From a virus, in IMG/VR virus record IMGVR_UViG_3300040770_000333, positions 1-32,750 of that record: a stretch of DNA of 32,750 nucleotides. The stretch is one strand, 5' to 3'. This document shows positions 32,138 through 32,750 of the stretch, piece after piece; within the stretch, counting starts at the first letter, position 1, and each line of letters opens with the position of its first letter. Below the pieces are notes generated by a model. The model had not been told where the DNA came from. It did no database searches and was given only the letters and a program-made list of their open reading frames with translations. A program made the translations under genes and the position numbers.

Positions 32138-32688
32138 TGGCACAGCAACATATAAATTTTAGCCAGCCTAATGATGGTCTGGGCGACACGTTAAGAGAAT
32201 CGCAGATTAAAGCCGAAAGCAATTTCAATGAATTGTACTCAAACAAAGTTGACAAGGTTTTAGGTCAAGGATTATCTGATACAAATTTCACACAATTAGA
32301 AAAAGATAAGCTTGAAGGATTACAAGAAGGCGGCCAATTGCAAACCGATTGGGATCAAGGCGACAACACCCAAAAAGATTATCTAAAAAATAAGCCCGAA
32401 AATGTTTCTGAATTTTTCAATGATTCAGAATATGTCGTAGATGTTCCCACCGCTGGAATTTTTGCACGTTCATCTGGGGAGTGGATAGACTTAGCAACTG
32501 CAAACCCTTTCAATACTTTCAAACCTATTCAAAAAGGATTTGGCAACGTATTACAAACACCTGAACCTGGAGATATTTATTGCGGTTGGAGCAACGACGG
32601 TACAATACGATATACAGAGGCATTATATATTTCTGGTCCATTAAACGATTCAGATAATTTCACACCATTAGTACAAACAGAAATTTAA
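32137..32688 (+). CDS. Tail-fibre-associated protein
   Basis: 183 aa. NKVDKVLGQGLSDTNFTQLEKDKLEGL resembles the K-x-D-K ... G-L-S-x-N-D/F-T ... E-K-x-K-L motif recurrent in phage tail fibre N-termini. It lies directly upstream of the fibre gene that starts at 32696/1. Confidence 0.5.
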   Translation: MAQQHINFSQPNDGLGDTLRESQIKAESNFNELYSNKVDKVLGQGLSDTNFTQLEKDKLEGLQEGGQLQTDWDQGDNTQKDYLKNKPENVSEFFNDSEYVVDVPTAGIFARSSGEWIDLATANPFNTFKPIQKGFGNVLQTPEPGDIYCGWSNDGTIRYTEALYISGPLNDSDNFTPLVQTEI

Positions 32689-32695
32689 AATAACC

Positions 32696-32750
32696 ATGAA
32701 AACAAGAATTTTAGTATTGCTTTTACTAGCATTTTCAAGCGTTACGATCG
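32696..32750. repeat. Terminal direct repeat copy 2, identical to 1-55
   Basis: Exact 55-nt match to the window start. It contains the ATG and signal-peptide codons of the fibre gene. Confidence 0.9.

Overview
The window is a complete, circularly closed genome of about 32.7 kb. The first 55 nt (1-55) are repeated exactly at 32696-32750, so the unit length is 32,695 bp. It looks like a temperate tailed phage of a low-GC Bacteroidota (Flavobacteriia-like) host: the DNA is visibly AT-rich, genes lack Shine-Dalgarno sequences and have A-rich leaders, TAnnTTTG-type -7 boxes occur, and the integrase is of the Bacteroidetes type.

Gene order on the + strand:
- Tail fibre and lysis block (1-4750): an SGNH-esterase fibre, a holin-like protein and a DUF3380-type muramidase.
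- Candidate attP with TCGGAAT arm-type repeats (4815-5050), followed by a tyrosine integrase (5078-6268).
- A minus-strand lysogeny operon: an S24-type cI-like repressor plus a secreted protein (6282-7405).
- A divergent switch region, then Cro-like and Xis-like HTH genes.
- An early, recombination and replication block (8.4-15.3 kb): a RecE-like PD-(D/E)XK exonuclease, an HNH endonuclease and a DUF4373 replication-initiation protein.
- A late block (17.7-32.7 kb): TerL, gp10-like proteins, large tail proteins, a tape-measure-like protein, a protease/scaffold fusion, a putative major capsid protein and a putative portal.

The most unusual feature lies between the early and late blocks (about 15468-17300). 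Three roughly 130-nt imperfect hairpin elements share an integron attC-like architecture (xxxxAAC ... long bulged stem ... GTTxxxx). They separate small gene cassettes. The sequence after the GTT at the start of each cassette is the reverse complement of the sequence before the AAC at the end of that same cassette. This is the signature of cassettes inserted as circles by site-specific recombination at G|TT. No IntI-like integrase is recognisable in the genome.

Other notable points:
- A covarying stem-loop leader lies upstream of terL and of a second structural gene.
- A 95-aa protein carries an SSB-type DDLPF C-terminal tip.
- A perfect 54-bp tandem repeat sits in a head-module gene.
- An A6 tract joins two overlapping frames just downstream of terL.

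All functional calls come from motif recognition by eye. No database search was possible.
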